Assembly (NCBI GenBank): GCA_951406725.2
Contig: OX597823.1
Location: 54,746,001 to 54,810,000, forward strand
Length of the DNA stretch: 64,000 nucleotides
From: Octopus vulgaris
Lineage: Eukaryota
Reading direction: 5' to 3'
Shown here: positions 25,330-38,418 of the stretch, in pieces
How the letters are laid out: each line of letters starts with the position of its first letter
Position numbering within the stretch: position 1 is the stretch's first letter
Made by a program: the position numbers and the translations under genes
The notes under the pieces: model-generated
What the model was told of the DNA's origin: nothing
Seen by the model: the letters and a program-made list of their open reading frames with translations, nothing else
Database searches by the model: none

Positions 25330-26077
25330 ACAATTGAGGATAAAATTAATTAATTAATCAATTTCACCAAGTGTTCAGTATGTAAAAGGACCATTTAAGG
25401 CGAATTCAAAATATTACATTATATAATTAGGGCTTAGTAAAATAAATTACTTTGCCACATACTATGTATTTACCTCCAAACCTTCGTGAGCTGTCTGGAG
25501 TAAACATTATCTGAGAGAAATTTTCTTTAAGTAGTAGAAATGCTAAGAAAATTTTTTTTTGGCTGCTATTTCTACTAAGTTCAGTATGTGGCAGAGTAAT
25601 TTATTTTACTAAGCCCTAATTATATAATATATATATATATATATAATATATATATATACACACACATACATACAATCACAAAAATATATTTATATACATT
25701 CATATATCTTTTACTCTTTTCAGTCAGTAGACAGCAATCGGAGATAATGGTAACTTTCTCACCAGTTATATGCTATAACCAGGAATACACTACTTGACAA
25801 TATGAAAGTATATATACATTGGCAACTGACAAGTCCCTTAACCCCTTAAGGGTTGTTGGGGCACTGCAACTGTGCAACATATTTAAGGCAAGAAAACCTG
25901 GTGGAAACCATCCCCCTCCAGGCTAAACTCATTTTTGCCAGATGAGTGGACTGGAGCAATGTGAAGTGAAGTGTTTTGCTCAAGAACACAGCACATCACC
26001 TGGTCCTGGAATCGAAATCACAATCTTGTGATCATGAGTCCAACACCCTAACCACTAAACCATGAGCCTCTGTTCAT

Positions 26078-26118
<41 letters not shown>

Positions 26119-26141
26119 TATATATATATACACATATACAT

Positions 26142-26184
<43 letters not shown>

Positions 26185-26270
26185 CATACATATACATATA
26201 TATATATATACATACATACATATACATATATTTACATATACATACATACGTACATACATACATACATACA

Positions 26271-26317
<47 letters not shown>

Positions 26318-28104
26318 GCATATATTCATAATTAAGTTGATAAAACTCAATGACTGCTTAGAATATCTAATAGGAAGAAGATGACATATTTTAGTTAGCG
26401 TGTGTTCTTTGGAGAGGTAACTGTGAAAGCTCGTGTGTTAACGTACTTATTAGATTAAGTTGATTAGAGGGTTGTTTTATTTTTAAATGGTTTGCTATAT
26501 AATGGGAAGAACAATATTTTAGGAAATGTTAGGGTGGTGAAAACCAAACCATCATCATCATTATCATTTAATGTCTGTTTTCCATGCTGGCATGGGTTGG
26601 ATGGTTTGACAGGAGCTGGCCAGCCAGGGAGCTGTCTAGACTCCAATTATCTGTTGTGGCATGGTTTCTATGGTTGGGTGCCCTTTCTAATGCCAATCAC
26701 TTTTCAGAGTGTGCTGAGTGCTTTTTACATGCCACTGGCATGAGGGCATTTACACAGTACTGACACAAGTATATTTTATGTGGCTCTAGCACCTGTAAAA
26801 GATAAAGCTCTATGTATGGACAACAGTGATTTTACTTAGCTTGACATGTCTTCTCAAGTACAGCAAATTTCCACAACCCCTGGTCCCTTATCATTTCCTC
26901 AGTAAGGCCTGATGTCTAAAGATCCTTTCTCACTACTTCATTCCGCGTTTTCCTGGTCTACCCCTCCCATACATTCCCTCCATAATTAGAGCTCAAATAT
27001 GTATTTAACTGAGAATAAATATGCTTATACCTCTTTTAACAACAAGTAATGCATGGCAAATCACTTTTGAAATTTTTCTGAGAGTATATATCATAAAATA
27101 TTAACACAATCATGGGAGATTCACCCCTTCATAAAGTCTTACACTAACAGCAAAATCGTTTTCCAACTATGGACAATGAAAATTTTGGAAGTTCTTTTTG
27201 CATACATAATTATGAAAGGAGTTTTAAATTCTGCCATTTAAAACTTATTTCATCTTGTTCACATTAATACACTTCAAAACATCAAGTTACCCAAACAAGA
27301 GGAGACCAACTGTAATAGTCAAACACTAATCATCAGAATATGCCAGCTAATCTTTTGTTTATACTATGGCTATCAGATCCTTTATGCATTATACATTTTA
27401 AGCTTTTTATTAGATATTCTACATAACACTTTTTCATTTTGTTGTGCCATACACATGTCCCTCCCTCCTCGCTTAATTAGCCAGTATACTGAAATGTAGT
27501 GGCACTTGTAAATTAAATATTAACTTAAATTATATTAACAATTTTCATAGTAGCCCACATGCTTGTACATTGTGTTGTGTACTGCACACTCAATATTTTC
27601 ATTAACAACATTTTTACATGGCCAAATATATTCTCTTGCTCCTGTGATCAATATACTAAAACCTATTACAATCTGCAATTTAAATTTTAGATTTAATATT
27701 GATCCAGTTTATATTAGCCACTAACACATATGGGTTTATACATCACTTGTATATCTCAGTAGATTAAATCAAGCAAGCATTTCATCTACTACAATAACCA
27801 TTTCTAAATTAACCTGACACTCTTATGGACACATTTCAATTATTCTTGACTAAATACATATTTTATTATTCCTTTCATCACCAGTAATATTTCCTCCAAT
27901 AAAATTCTACATATTATGAAACAAAACATTTAAAATAAACAATAATTTATTTTATTAGATAACCTTCTATCAATATATTAAATCCCATAACATTATAGCT
28001 TTCACAGTTGTCCTAAGAACATACCTCTTCAAAAATATTATATACCCTTCCTGTTATAATATATAACAAACAAACTGGCATTGAGTTTTATCCCTTACTT
28101 ATCA

Positions 28105-28510
28105 TATCTTTTATCTTTTACTGGTTTTAACCATCAGACTGCAGCTATGCTGGGGCACCATCTCGAAGAATTTTTTGTTGAATGAATTGACCCCTGTACT
28201 TATTATTATTTTTTTAAAGGCTTGTATTTATTCTATTAGTCTCTTTTCCTGAACCACTAATTTATGGGGATGTAAAGACACCAATACCGGTTGTGAAGTG
28301 GTAGTGGGGGACAAACACAGACACAAAGACAGACAGACAGATACACACACACACACAACGGGCTTCTTTCAGTTTCTGTCTACCATATCCACTCACAATG
28401 CTTTGGTCGGCCTGAGGCTACAGTAGAAGACACTTGCCCAAGGTGCAAGCAGTAGGACTGAACCCAGAACCATGTGGTTGGGAAGCAAGTTTCTTGCAAC
28501 AATGCCTGCA
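28105..28510 (-). mobile_element. CORE-like tRNA SINE
   Basis: Same family as 362-740. Confidence 0.82.
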
Positions 28511-29779
28511 TCTAATATATATATATAATATTTGGGTAAAACTTTGTTTTGTGGTTTGTCATACTATATCTATGAGTTTAGTTCTATCTGCAAATTGCTG
28601 AAAATAGCTCATTGCTTTGGGTATTCATTCTTGTACAGAGTGAAATGACAGTATGATCTAGTGAAGGACTTGTTTGAAATTATTACCTGAAGAATCTTAC
28701 ACCTTCTGCCTATAAATGTCATCAAACAATCTTCCTTTATAACATCCAAAATATCAAAATAAACCTGGTAGGGCCACGTGACAATTTTTAATCAACAAAT
28801 ATCACTGGTTCTGCTGCCACATAAAAAAACACTGGTGTTGATGGCACATAAAAAGAACTGGTGCTGGTGCCACATAAAAAATACTGAGTCCACTCTGTAA
28901 AGTGGTTGGTGTTAGGAAGGGCAGGCATCCAGCTGTAGAAACCAAACCAAAACAGACTATGGAACCCATGCCAGTTTGGAAAATGGACACTAAATGATGT
29001 AATATGATAAGGCCTGATTTCTCTTTTAAATTATTATCTGTTTTACTCAATATCTTTATTCTAGTCTATTTATAATTCTTTCAATCTATTTACTGCTGTT
29101 CTAAATATTTATATACACACATATACATCCATTGCCCTTGATTTTGGTGTACATATGCATTTTTGTATATATTAATTTGCATTTATTTATTTATTCATTT
29201 ATGTGTGTCCATCATCTTGTGTATCTATTAGTGTTCTGCACAGCTGTAGAAGTGTGTCTTAATTTATTGCCAGTTTTGGTGCCTACACACACACACATAC
29301 ACACGCACATTTGTACATCTGTTCACATAGCTACAACCGATTAATGTAGATTTAATGTCAGTGGATTTTTTTTTCTTGTTGTTAGTCTTTTGACAAAAGT
29401 AACTAACAATATCATTGATTCTCTCATGACAAACACCAATAATATTTTATAACTACAATGCATCTAAGTGAGTTTCTCCTCGATACTTCAGCTAAAGACT
29501 TGTGTACTTCTAATTCTTCTAATTCTCGTATTTCTCATAATTCATGTACTTCTAATTCTCATATTTTCCAGTTTGATAGCCATTTCTTTTTTTTTTGTGT
29601 GTGTGTGTGTAAGCAGGGAATCAATGTAAGAAACAAAAGTACAATTATATAAAATCTTTATCGATATAACATACTTAATATGTGTACGTAATTGAAAAAC
29701 CAGACGCTACATTTTATGTCTGAGATAAATCTTTTTATATACATATTAAGAAATATATATTCTTTTATTCTTTTTTTTT

Positions 29780-29994
29780 TATTCTTTACTTGTTACAGTT
29801 ATTCGACCGCAGCCATGCTGGAGCACTACTTTGAGGAATTTTCTTTTGTCAAACAAATCGACCCCAATACCTGATTTTGTCTTTTAAAGCCTGGTACTCA
29901 TTTTATCAGCCTCTTTTGTTGAATTGCTAAGACATAGGGACATAAACACACCAACACTGGTAATCAAGTAGTGGTGGGAGACAAACACAGCCAT

Positions 29995-30029
<35 letters not shown>

Positions 30030-30235
30030 CATACATACACACACATGCACACATGTACATACATGCACATGCACACACATTGAACTTCTTTCAGTTTCTG
30101 TCTACCAAATCCACTCACAAAGCTTTGGTTGGCCTGAGACTATGGTAGAAGACACTTGCTCAGAGCGTTATGCAGTGGAACTGAACCCAGAACCATGTGG
30201 TTGGTAAGCAAACTTTTTACCACACGCCCACACTT
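29780..30235 (-). mobile_element. CORE-like tRNA SINE
   Basis: Same family; head-to-head with the copy at 30340. Confidence 0.82.
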
Positions 30236-30339
30236 GCGTCTATTTTAAGTATATTATAGTAAGTTTTTATTATAGAGCTGCTTCTAATGCATAATTTGAA
30301 TTTTATTCTGCTTGTGATGCACTGATATATGTTTCTGAA

Positions 30340-30505
30340 TTGGCTGTGTGGTAAGTAGCTTGCTTACCAACCACATGGTTCTGGGTTCAGTCCTACTGTG
30401 TGGCACCTTGGGCAAGTGTCTTCTACTATAGCCTCGGGCCAACCAAAGCCTTGTGAGTGGATTTGATAGACAGAAACTGAAAGAAGCCTGTCATATATAT
30501 GTATG

Positions 30506-30558
<53 letters not shown>

Positions 30559-30772
30559 ATGTATGTATGTGTGAGTGTACGTTTGTGTGTCTGTGTTTGT
30601 CCCCCCAACATCGCTTGACAACCGATGCTGGTGTGTTTATATCCCCGTAACTTGTCCTAGAATAAGTACTAGGCTTACAAAGAATAAGTCCTAGGGCGAT
30701 TTGCTTGACTAAAGGCAGTGCTCCAGCATGGCCACAGTCAAATGACTGAAACAAGTAAAAGAGAGTAAAGAG
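30340..30772 (+). mobile_element. CORE-like tRNA SINE
   Basis: Same family, plus orientation; an older copy follows at about 30945-31305. Confidence 0.85.
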
Positions 30773-31577
30773 TATATACAATTAATTTTTTTGTACTTTA
30801 TATAATTGCATGATTTAACCGTTTGAGTTTCTTGAGGGAAAAATACATACTTTTTCACTTCTTCATTTCTTGTTTCTCTCTTTTACATTTTTATCTTGTT
30901 TTTTTTTTTAAAAAAAGGGAATGTATTATCTTCACTTTACACCAGGTGAAGGTGTGGCTGGGTGGGTAAGAAGTTTTCTTCCCAGTTGTGTGATCTTGGG
31001 TTCAGTCCCACTATGAGCTACCTTGGAGAAGTGTCTTCTGCTGTAGCCCTGGACTGACCAAAACTTGTGAATGGATTTAATAGACAGAAACAGAAACCAG
31101 CTCATCATATATATGTATGTTTGTGTGTGTTTGTTTGTGTTTGTCTGCTTGACAATTGGTGTTGGTTAATTTGCATCCCCATAACTTTGCAGTTTGGCAA
31201 AAGAGACTGACAGAATAAGAACAAGGATCAGTTTGTTAGACTAAAAGACCCCTTTCAAGGTGGTGCCCCAGCATGGTCACAGTCCAATGACTGAAACAAG
31301 TAAACAATAACCAATCACTCTTGCAAGAATTAATTAATGAAACAGCCATGATATGAGGGAAATTTGAAAGTATGGTGATAGTCATAAATCTACATGGAAA
31401 AATATCACATGTGTATGTCTGCATTGAATTCACCTTTAGGAGGCATGCAACCATCACACAATGGCTTATATGAAAAAAACCCGAAAAAAAACGAAAAAGA
31501 AAAACAAGAAAAGAAGCCACTTAGAGGAGATTATTTCCATAGCACCTGAATTCAAGCTTCAGTAGATCCCCCCGGTC

Positions 31578-31645
31578 TTAGCAGTTGAAGAATTGTGATT
31601 TCAGTATTGCTCTTATCTCCCTTTTCTCACATTCTATCCCTAATT
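31578..31645 (-). CDS. Candidate alternative last or cassette exon (KLGIECEKREIRAILKSQFFNC*)
   Basis: Acceptor tttttttttttgtcatttttttAG; phase 1 is the longest open frame; possible donor CAG|GTGCTA after 31546. Confidence 0.35.
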
Positions 31646-32836
31646 CTAAAAAAATGACAAAAAAAAAAAGACACCAAAAATCTATGACTCTTTCTCTTTG
31701 ATCTCTGATCTTGTCCTTCTATACCTGACATTGAACGGAGATAAAATTTTGATTATACTCTTTAAAAGATATAATAGTGAACTGATTGTCTGTTTTTGTA
31801 TACTGAAGAAGCACAAACATGTAGAAACAGTCTGTTTATAGATATACAAAATAAAATAAATATGAAAAGTTAAATAAATATAAATTTAATTCTATAAACA
31901 TAATGTTTTCAGATATTTGAAGAAACAAAATTTACTTTGCACTTCTATAATTACTTTTTCTTAAATATAAAAAAGAAATTAACAAACAAAAAGAGTGAGC
32001 TATAAGCAATTAGTACACTCCTCTTATGAGAAATAAACACTGTAACAGCTATCAAGATAAGGAAAATTTGAATGTATAACAGCATGATGATTGTATGACA
32101 GCATGGTGAATGAAGAGAAAAAATTGTTGTCATAGATATACAGAAAACACTGCGTGTTTGTGAATTCAGCTTGCTTTTCAAAGGTACACAAACTCTAAAA
32201 AAGTGGCTGATACAACAAAGAAGTTAAAAGCAGAATTATTTCTGTTCATATATATATATATTCATATACATACATACATACATATATATATATATATATT
32301 GTGTGTGTGTATGTATATTGTTTACATACATAAATATATATTGTATACGATCCAAAGATGAGGTAAAAATAAAACAGAGAGTTGCATTAGTCTGATGTTG
32401 AGAAAATGGGGGGAAAAAGAAAACACCAACAGAAGGAAATGTCTTTAACATTTTGAGTATTGACTCTTCATCCGAAAGAAAGGATAAACATGGAGAGAAT
32501 GGTATGGAGAAGGAAAATTAGAGATATTGAAATGCACATGTATACAACCAGCATAGCATTGTGAATAACCTGAAGCAGTAGAAAGGTCGGTTTAGGCGTG
32601 AGTGGCAAGTGGAGACCTGAGCTTGGCAAATGTGCGTGTGTGTGTGTGAGATTAATATGAATAAATCATATGTGTGGTTGTTCGGCAAGAAATTGTCAAA
32701 CCCCCATACATCATCTAACAACGGGAGAGTCCATGGTTTGTATATATATATTTATATATATATATATATATATATATTGTCATTAAATCATAAATCTGAA
32801 AGAGAAGCAAACTCTAAGTTATAGAGTAGTAGAGTA

Positions 32837-32938
32837 TTTAGATGAAGATAGTTATGGCCTGTCTATGGGGTTACCTAGGGTTTCAGACATGTAACACTGT
32901 GCAACCCCATACATCAGCCATAACTATCTTCATCTAAA
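32837..32938. repeat. Hairpin of about 100 nt with a perfect 22-bp basal stem; partial tandem copy at about 33113-33187
   Basis: tttagatgaagatagttatggc / gccataactatcttcatctaaa plus inner tatggggtt / aaccccata. Confidence 0.9.
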
Positions 32939-33021
32939 GATACACACACACACATGCACAGATGTATATTGCTTCTTGGGTAATCAACAGAGAGTTGTTC
33001 ATATATATATATATGTATGTA

Positions 33022-33115
<94 letters not shown>

Positions 33116-33595
33116 TATGGTGTTACACAGGGTTTCAGACATGTAACACTGTGTAACCCCATACATCAGCCATAACTATCTTCATCTCAACACACACACA
33201 CACACACAGATATATATTGCTTCTTAGGGAATCAACAGAGAGTTGTTCGTATTTATATATATATATATATATATATATAATTATTATTTGAGGGAATAAA
33301 ATCCAAATATAGCCACAAAACACGTGTCATTATTCTACCAATTATATACGTTTTTATTATTTTTTTGCAATTTACTTAATCATTGACATTTTATTGTTAT
33401 TTTAAATTTAATATTTCTATTATATGCAATTTTCTAGATGGTGTAATTTAATTGTTCATTTTGAATTGATAAAAGGTGTTTTTTCTCTAATTTTTTTATA
33501 TATATATATATGTAATTAGTGGATTTATTTCACTAGAATTCTTATATGTTTACAAGAGCTAGATGGGCATCTCCAACTAGCAGGCCATGCTACTC

Positions 33596-33634
33596 CAGAT
33601 TGATGATGAGCAAAACCTCAGAAACTAGTCTCTG
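33596..33634 (+). ncRNA. Minimal type-I hammerhead ribozyme motif
   Basis: Helix I CAGA/TCTG, core TTGATGA (C3U variant), helix II TGAG-caaaac-CTCA, GAAA, palindromic helix III ACTAGT, cleavage triplet GTC. Confidence 0.7.
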
Positions 33635-33797
33635 AATGCAGGCTTAGCTGGGTGGAGGTGCTTATCTCCCCCTTGTAAACATAAGGACACAGGAAAAGTG
33701 TCAAGGCCGACAGGAAGCGTTGCTGCTTCCTAGGGCTAAATAGCAGTAGTGTGATTCCATTCATGGGACTGTCACATTAAGTTGACAGTATACAACT

Positions 33798-33874
<77 letters not shown>

Positions 33875-34435
33875 TTTGTGAAATAGAAAGATGAATAATC
33901 TTGTTGCAGATTAATCAAAAGTTTAACCGATACCTTGGTAGCAAAAATCACAGCAGAAGACAGCACAATTCTGTTCAATCTTCGTTCAACTCCATTTCTT
34001 CAATTCACTAATATATATATATATTTCACTTAGGCATTGCAAGACTAATACCTTAGTGTAGAACTCAATATACATATGCTTTAGAATGAAGCATTAGTCG
34101 AGTACACAGTAGTAATAATAAAATGAGATGACAAAGGAATAAAAGATAGTCTTATGAACTTTATTAGCTTACAGCTGTTTCATCAACTATAAGATGCAGT
34201 GAAATCATAGTTGAGTGATTGAAAGCTTTACCAATCACTGGATTGGATGCCATTGTTTTGTATGAAAGATTCTGCCATCTCTGTCCAGAATAAGAACCTA
34301 ATACTGTAACAGCTTGGGATTCAAGGACCCAAGATTCTCAATACATTGCCAAAAGGCCTCACAGATCTATGAGGAGTAGATGTGGAAGTGTTCAAACAAC
34401 AATTAAATGAATTTTTTCTCTACTATATATACATA

Positions 34436-35400
34436 GGGGGAAAAACTACAAGTAGTTGATAGCTTCCGTTACCTAGGTGACCAAGTCAGTAGCAGGAGTG
34501 GTTGCTCTGAGAGTGTAGCTGCTAGAATAAGAATAGCCTGGGCAAAGTTTAGAGAGCTCCTATCTCTGCTGGTAACAAAGGGCCTCTCACTTAGATTGAA
34601 AGGTAGACTGTATGATGTATGTGTGCGAACAGCCAAGCTACACGGCAGTGAAACATGGACTGTGAGTGTTGAGGACATGTGTAGGCTTGAAAGAAATGGA
34701 GCTAGTATGCTCCACTGAATGTATAATGCCAGTTTGCATACACAACAGAGTGTTAGTGCCCTGAGAGAAAAGTTGGACATAAGAAACATCAGATGTGGTG
34801 TGCAAAAGAGACAACTGCATTTGTATGGTCATGTGTTGCGTATGAATTAGGACAGCTGTGTGAAAATTGTTACACCCTAGCTGTAGAGGGAACCTGTTGA
34901 AGAGGCAGACCCAGGAAGACCTGGGATGAGGTGTTGAAGCATGACCTTCGAACGTTGGGCCTCACCAAGGCGATGACAAGTGACTGAGACCTTTGGAGAT
35001 ATGCTGTGCTTGAGAAGACCTGGCAAACCAAGTGAGACATACCTGTGGCTTATGCCAGTGCAGCATAACCCGCCCATTTAAGAGTAGCCTTCAATAATTG
35101 GGCTTGTGAAGACTTGCTGAGGCAAGGGAAGTTGTTGTCATGGCTGATGACAGTACCACCTGATTAGCACCCATGCTGGTGGCATGTAAAAAGCACCATC
35201 CAAGCATGGCTGATGCCATAACTGCCTGTCTGTCCTCGTGTCGGTGGCACATAGAAAGCATCCACTACGCTCTCGGAGTGGTTGGTGTTAGGAATGGTAT
35301 CCAGATGTGGAAACATTTCCAGATCAGATTGGAGCCTGTTGCAGCCTTCTGACTTGCCAGCCGTCAGTCAAACTGTCCAATCCATTCCAGCATGGGAAGC
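34436..35400 (+). mobile_element. 5'-truncated RTE-clade LINE (decayed ORF C-terminus and 3' UTR)
   Basis: Translation GEKLQVVDSFRYLGDQV...ARIRIAWAKFRELL...LKGRLYDVCVR..LHGSETW...LHLYGHVLRM...RGRPRKTWDEV with stops and a frameshift, followed by the gtgttaggaa..catccag tail. Confidence 0.92.
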
Positions 35401-35401
35401 G

Positions 35402-35432
<31 letters not shown>

Positions 35433-35444
35433 GTATGTTTGTAT

Positions 35445-36050
35445 ATGAATATGAAATTAGTTGCCCAGTATACATGCCCATAATGTTAAGGGTTAGTGGT
35501 AAAGAGAATGTCCATACTGATTGATAAGAAATTTGGGGATACTTCATCTGATCTATGACTTAAGATTTCTACCAATAATTTTTGGAGCATTTGGCAATAT
35601 GATTAACTGCCTCAGTCCCAATCTTGAGAAGCTGGGATGCACAAAACCAGAAGGAACATACTGAATCAGAACCTTACAACTACAAATTGTGAAAAACACT
35701 GTTAAAATATATAAAACGTTCATGAAGTTCAGCAAGTAATAAGATACACATATGCAATGCCAGGTATGTATGATTATACATATTTGTGTGCATACATACT
35801 TATATATACATGAAAATATACATGCATGGATGATGTATACTACATGCATACATACATCAGCTTTTAAACCCAGATTATAAAATTCACATTTATACCAATA
35901 ATAATTGGTGCACTTGGTTTTGTTAGTAAATGTTTAAGTGACAATCTGCAAAAGCTGGGGTTTTCAGAAAAAGAGATCAATCAGCTAACATGCATGTTGC
36001 AAATACAATCAGTAAGCATGACATTAAAAAATATGCAAAAACCTTTTTAT
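35445..36050 (+). mobile_element. Two tandem fragments of an RLE-endonuclease non-LTR retrotransposon (R4/Dong-like)
   Basis: YEISCPV...KENV, RFLPIIFGAFG...VKIYKTFMKF and LLNPDYK..FIPIIIGALGFVSKCLSDNLQKLGFSEKEINQL..LQIQS: C-terminal restriction-like endonuclease motifs, embedded in CA/TA repeats. Confidence 0.65.
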
Positions 36051-36404
36051 TGTTCAAAATGTAGCATTGTTTTTGTTATCTACATTCCAATGATGGAGAT
36101 TTGTATTTTTGTTAGACACCAGCTTCTTCTTTACAGGAAGACTTCAAGTTATCAAAAATTGAAGAGAATATATGTACAACACAAATTTATGAAAGAGTCT
36201 TGTTCGTAGGAAGAAACTGGCTCTTTCTCCATCAGCAGGAAATTTAAAAGCTAAAACCAAAAATGGACACACATACAATGAAATTAAATGGACCATTGTT
36301 GGTTTTGGTGATGAGTGCTCAAGTTACTCAATCAACTGGACTATCAGCTTATTGATTTAGCTGAGTATTTCACAGATATGAAAATCCTTAGCATCAAACT
36401 TTGG

Positions 36405-36720
36405 GATTGAAAACTTTACCAATCACTGAACAGGATGCCATTGTATAGTACTAAAGATTCTGCCATCTCTGTCCAGAATAAGAACTCAGTACTGTAACAC
36501 TTTAGGATTCAAAGACCTATGATTTTCAACACGTTTCCAAAAGGCCTCACAGATCTACAAGGAGTAGATGTGGAAGTGTTCAAATGACAATTGAATGAAT
36601 TTTTTCTCTAATATTATATATAAACCAACACCACAGCAAGAAACGTAAAGAAGGGCAGCTCTGTTCATCTCATTACTTCATCAGGACCTATTCCAGAGAA
36701 TGGACCAGAAATTCAGTCTA
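36405..36720 (+). mobile_element. Old CR1/L2-like LINE C-terminal fragment (second copy about 34218-34422)
   Basis: SRIRTQYCNTLGFKDL.IFNTFPKGLTDLQGVDVEVFK.QLNEFFS resembles the end of LINE ORF2; the two copies align over about 200 nt. Confidence 0.65.
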
Positions 36721-37000
36721 AAATCAACAAGTATTCATGCTAATGGTGGTGACCCAGGATGGCCACTACCTCTGGCTAAAACTGATACAGATTCAATTTA
36801 TCCACCAAGTTTCATTCTAGTTTCCAGTTACCCACTCTCAATTATAAGTCTTGGATCAACTTGAGGCTATGGTAAAAGACACTTGCTTAAGATGTTGCAC
36901 ACGTGATAATGGGTGGGTGGGTGGCTGGGTCAAATCCAGGGCCTCATTATTAAGAAGCCCATCTCTTACCTATTCTGGCATACTGCATCCACAGAATCAC

Positions 37001-37033
<33 letters not shown>

Positions 37034-38132
37034 AACACACACACACACACAAACACACACACTCATCTTATTCCTCATATGCACATACAATTATGCACAC
37101 ATGCACTCACTCAGTCTGTCTGTCTGTATCTCTCTCTTACACACACACACACATACACACACACACACATACACAGAGTAAAGTAGTACAAAGATAGTGA
37201 TAAAAAAATGTTCAGTTATGCAATATGGCATGTTGAAGTGTTGTTACTGTTTAGTCTCAACAATCACTGGTCAAGCAGACATATAAGCAGCAGTATTCCA
37301 GCTGTGACCACCCCACTTTCTTTTCTTCTTTTTATAGAATTTGTGTACCCTGGTCTACATTATTTCGGGTGTTCACTTTACAATGTGACTAAAGAAAGAT
37401 TGGTTGCTATTTCTAGCAGGTTCAGTAACCACATAGAGTCTCTCCCTTATTAGATTGTGTTGTGTAGGGTTATTGCATTTCTACATAAGCCCGATCAGAC
37501 AGATCTGTCATCAAAGTAATTCCCGGCCATGACCATCCTGTATTTTTTCATATGACCATATCAAAAATACATTTTTTTCATCTAAGACAGTAGGCTATAA
37601 TTTGAGCAGTATTTGGTTGCTATTTCTAGCATATTGGATGTCTCTGTAAAGCAGGTATAGGTAACCATTTTTGAAATGCAGGCCACATGAGACATGACTC
37701 ATATACCAGGTGGACTCCACCACTAAAAATATATTCAAGGTAAGTTTTCATTAGGCATACCATTCAGGAAGTTCCACAGGTTACAGTTTGTCTGTGATTA
37801 GTGTAAAGACTTCCTTCTTGGTTTTGTATGCAGCATGGTGTTGTCATTGATGTTGTTATTTAGCATCAGGTCAATTCTAATGGATGATCATAGGCTTATG
37901 GTCATAGGCATTCCACATGTGACCATCCCGTCTTTCTTTAGAGCAGTGGTTCTCAACGATTTTTTGCCTATGGACACCTTTGATCATAAGCATTCGAAAT
38001 ATGACCCAGATCATAGGCATTCCACATTTGACCATCTCGTCTTTCTTTAGAGCAGTGGTTCTCAACGATCTTTTGTCTATGGACACCCAGATCATAGGCA
38101 TTCCACATTTGACCATCTAGTCTTTCTTTAGA

Positions 38133-38418
38133 GCAGTGGTTCTCGACCATCTTTTGTCTATGGATCCCTCAGGTTCCTATTTTACTTTGGCAGACCCTCC
38201 TAGCCATTAGATGCTTGAAAAATCTATTTTTAGAATTAAGTATCATTAGGAATTGTATAAAAAGACTAGTTGAGATATTTTGCATATTGTAGAAGTACAA
38301 CCAAAACCAATTTATTGCACATAAATTTTAACAACAAAATCTTAAACAGACTTCCAAAGGCTAAATGGACCTCCCACCATGCTCCAAAGGTCATATGGAC
38401 CCTGAATGAAAACCACTA
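38133..38418 (+). mobile_element. hAT-like MITE (cagtggttctc...gaaaaccact) with tandem duplication of its left end (37890-38165)
   Basis: TIR-like ends; three repeats of the cataggcattccacat.tgaccatc..gtctttctttagagcagtggttctc unit. Confidence 0.65.

Noticed and set aside
27000-28060. Possible decayed Gypsy integrase on the minus strand (GAREYIWP.., VFDYYSW)
   Set aside because: Only two short motif-like matches among many stops; too degenerate to call without a profile search.
34469-34789. 106-aa minus-strand ORF
   Set aside because: Antisense shadow of the plus-strand RTE LINE fragment.
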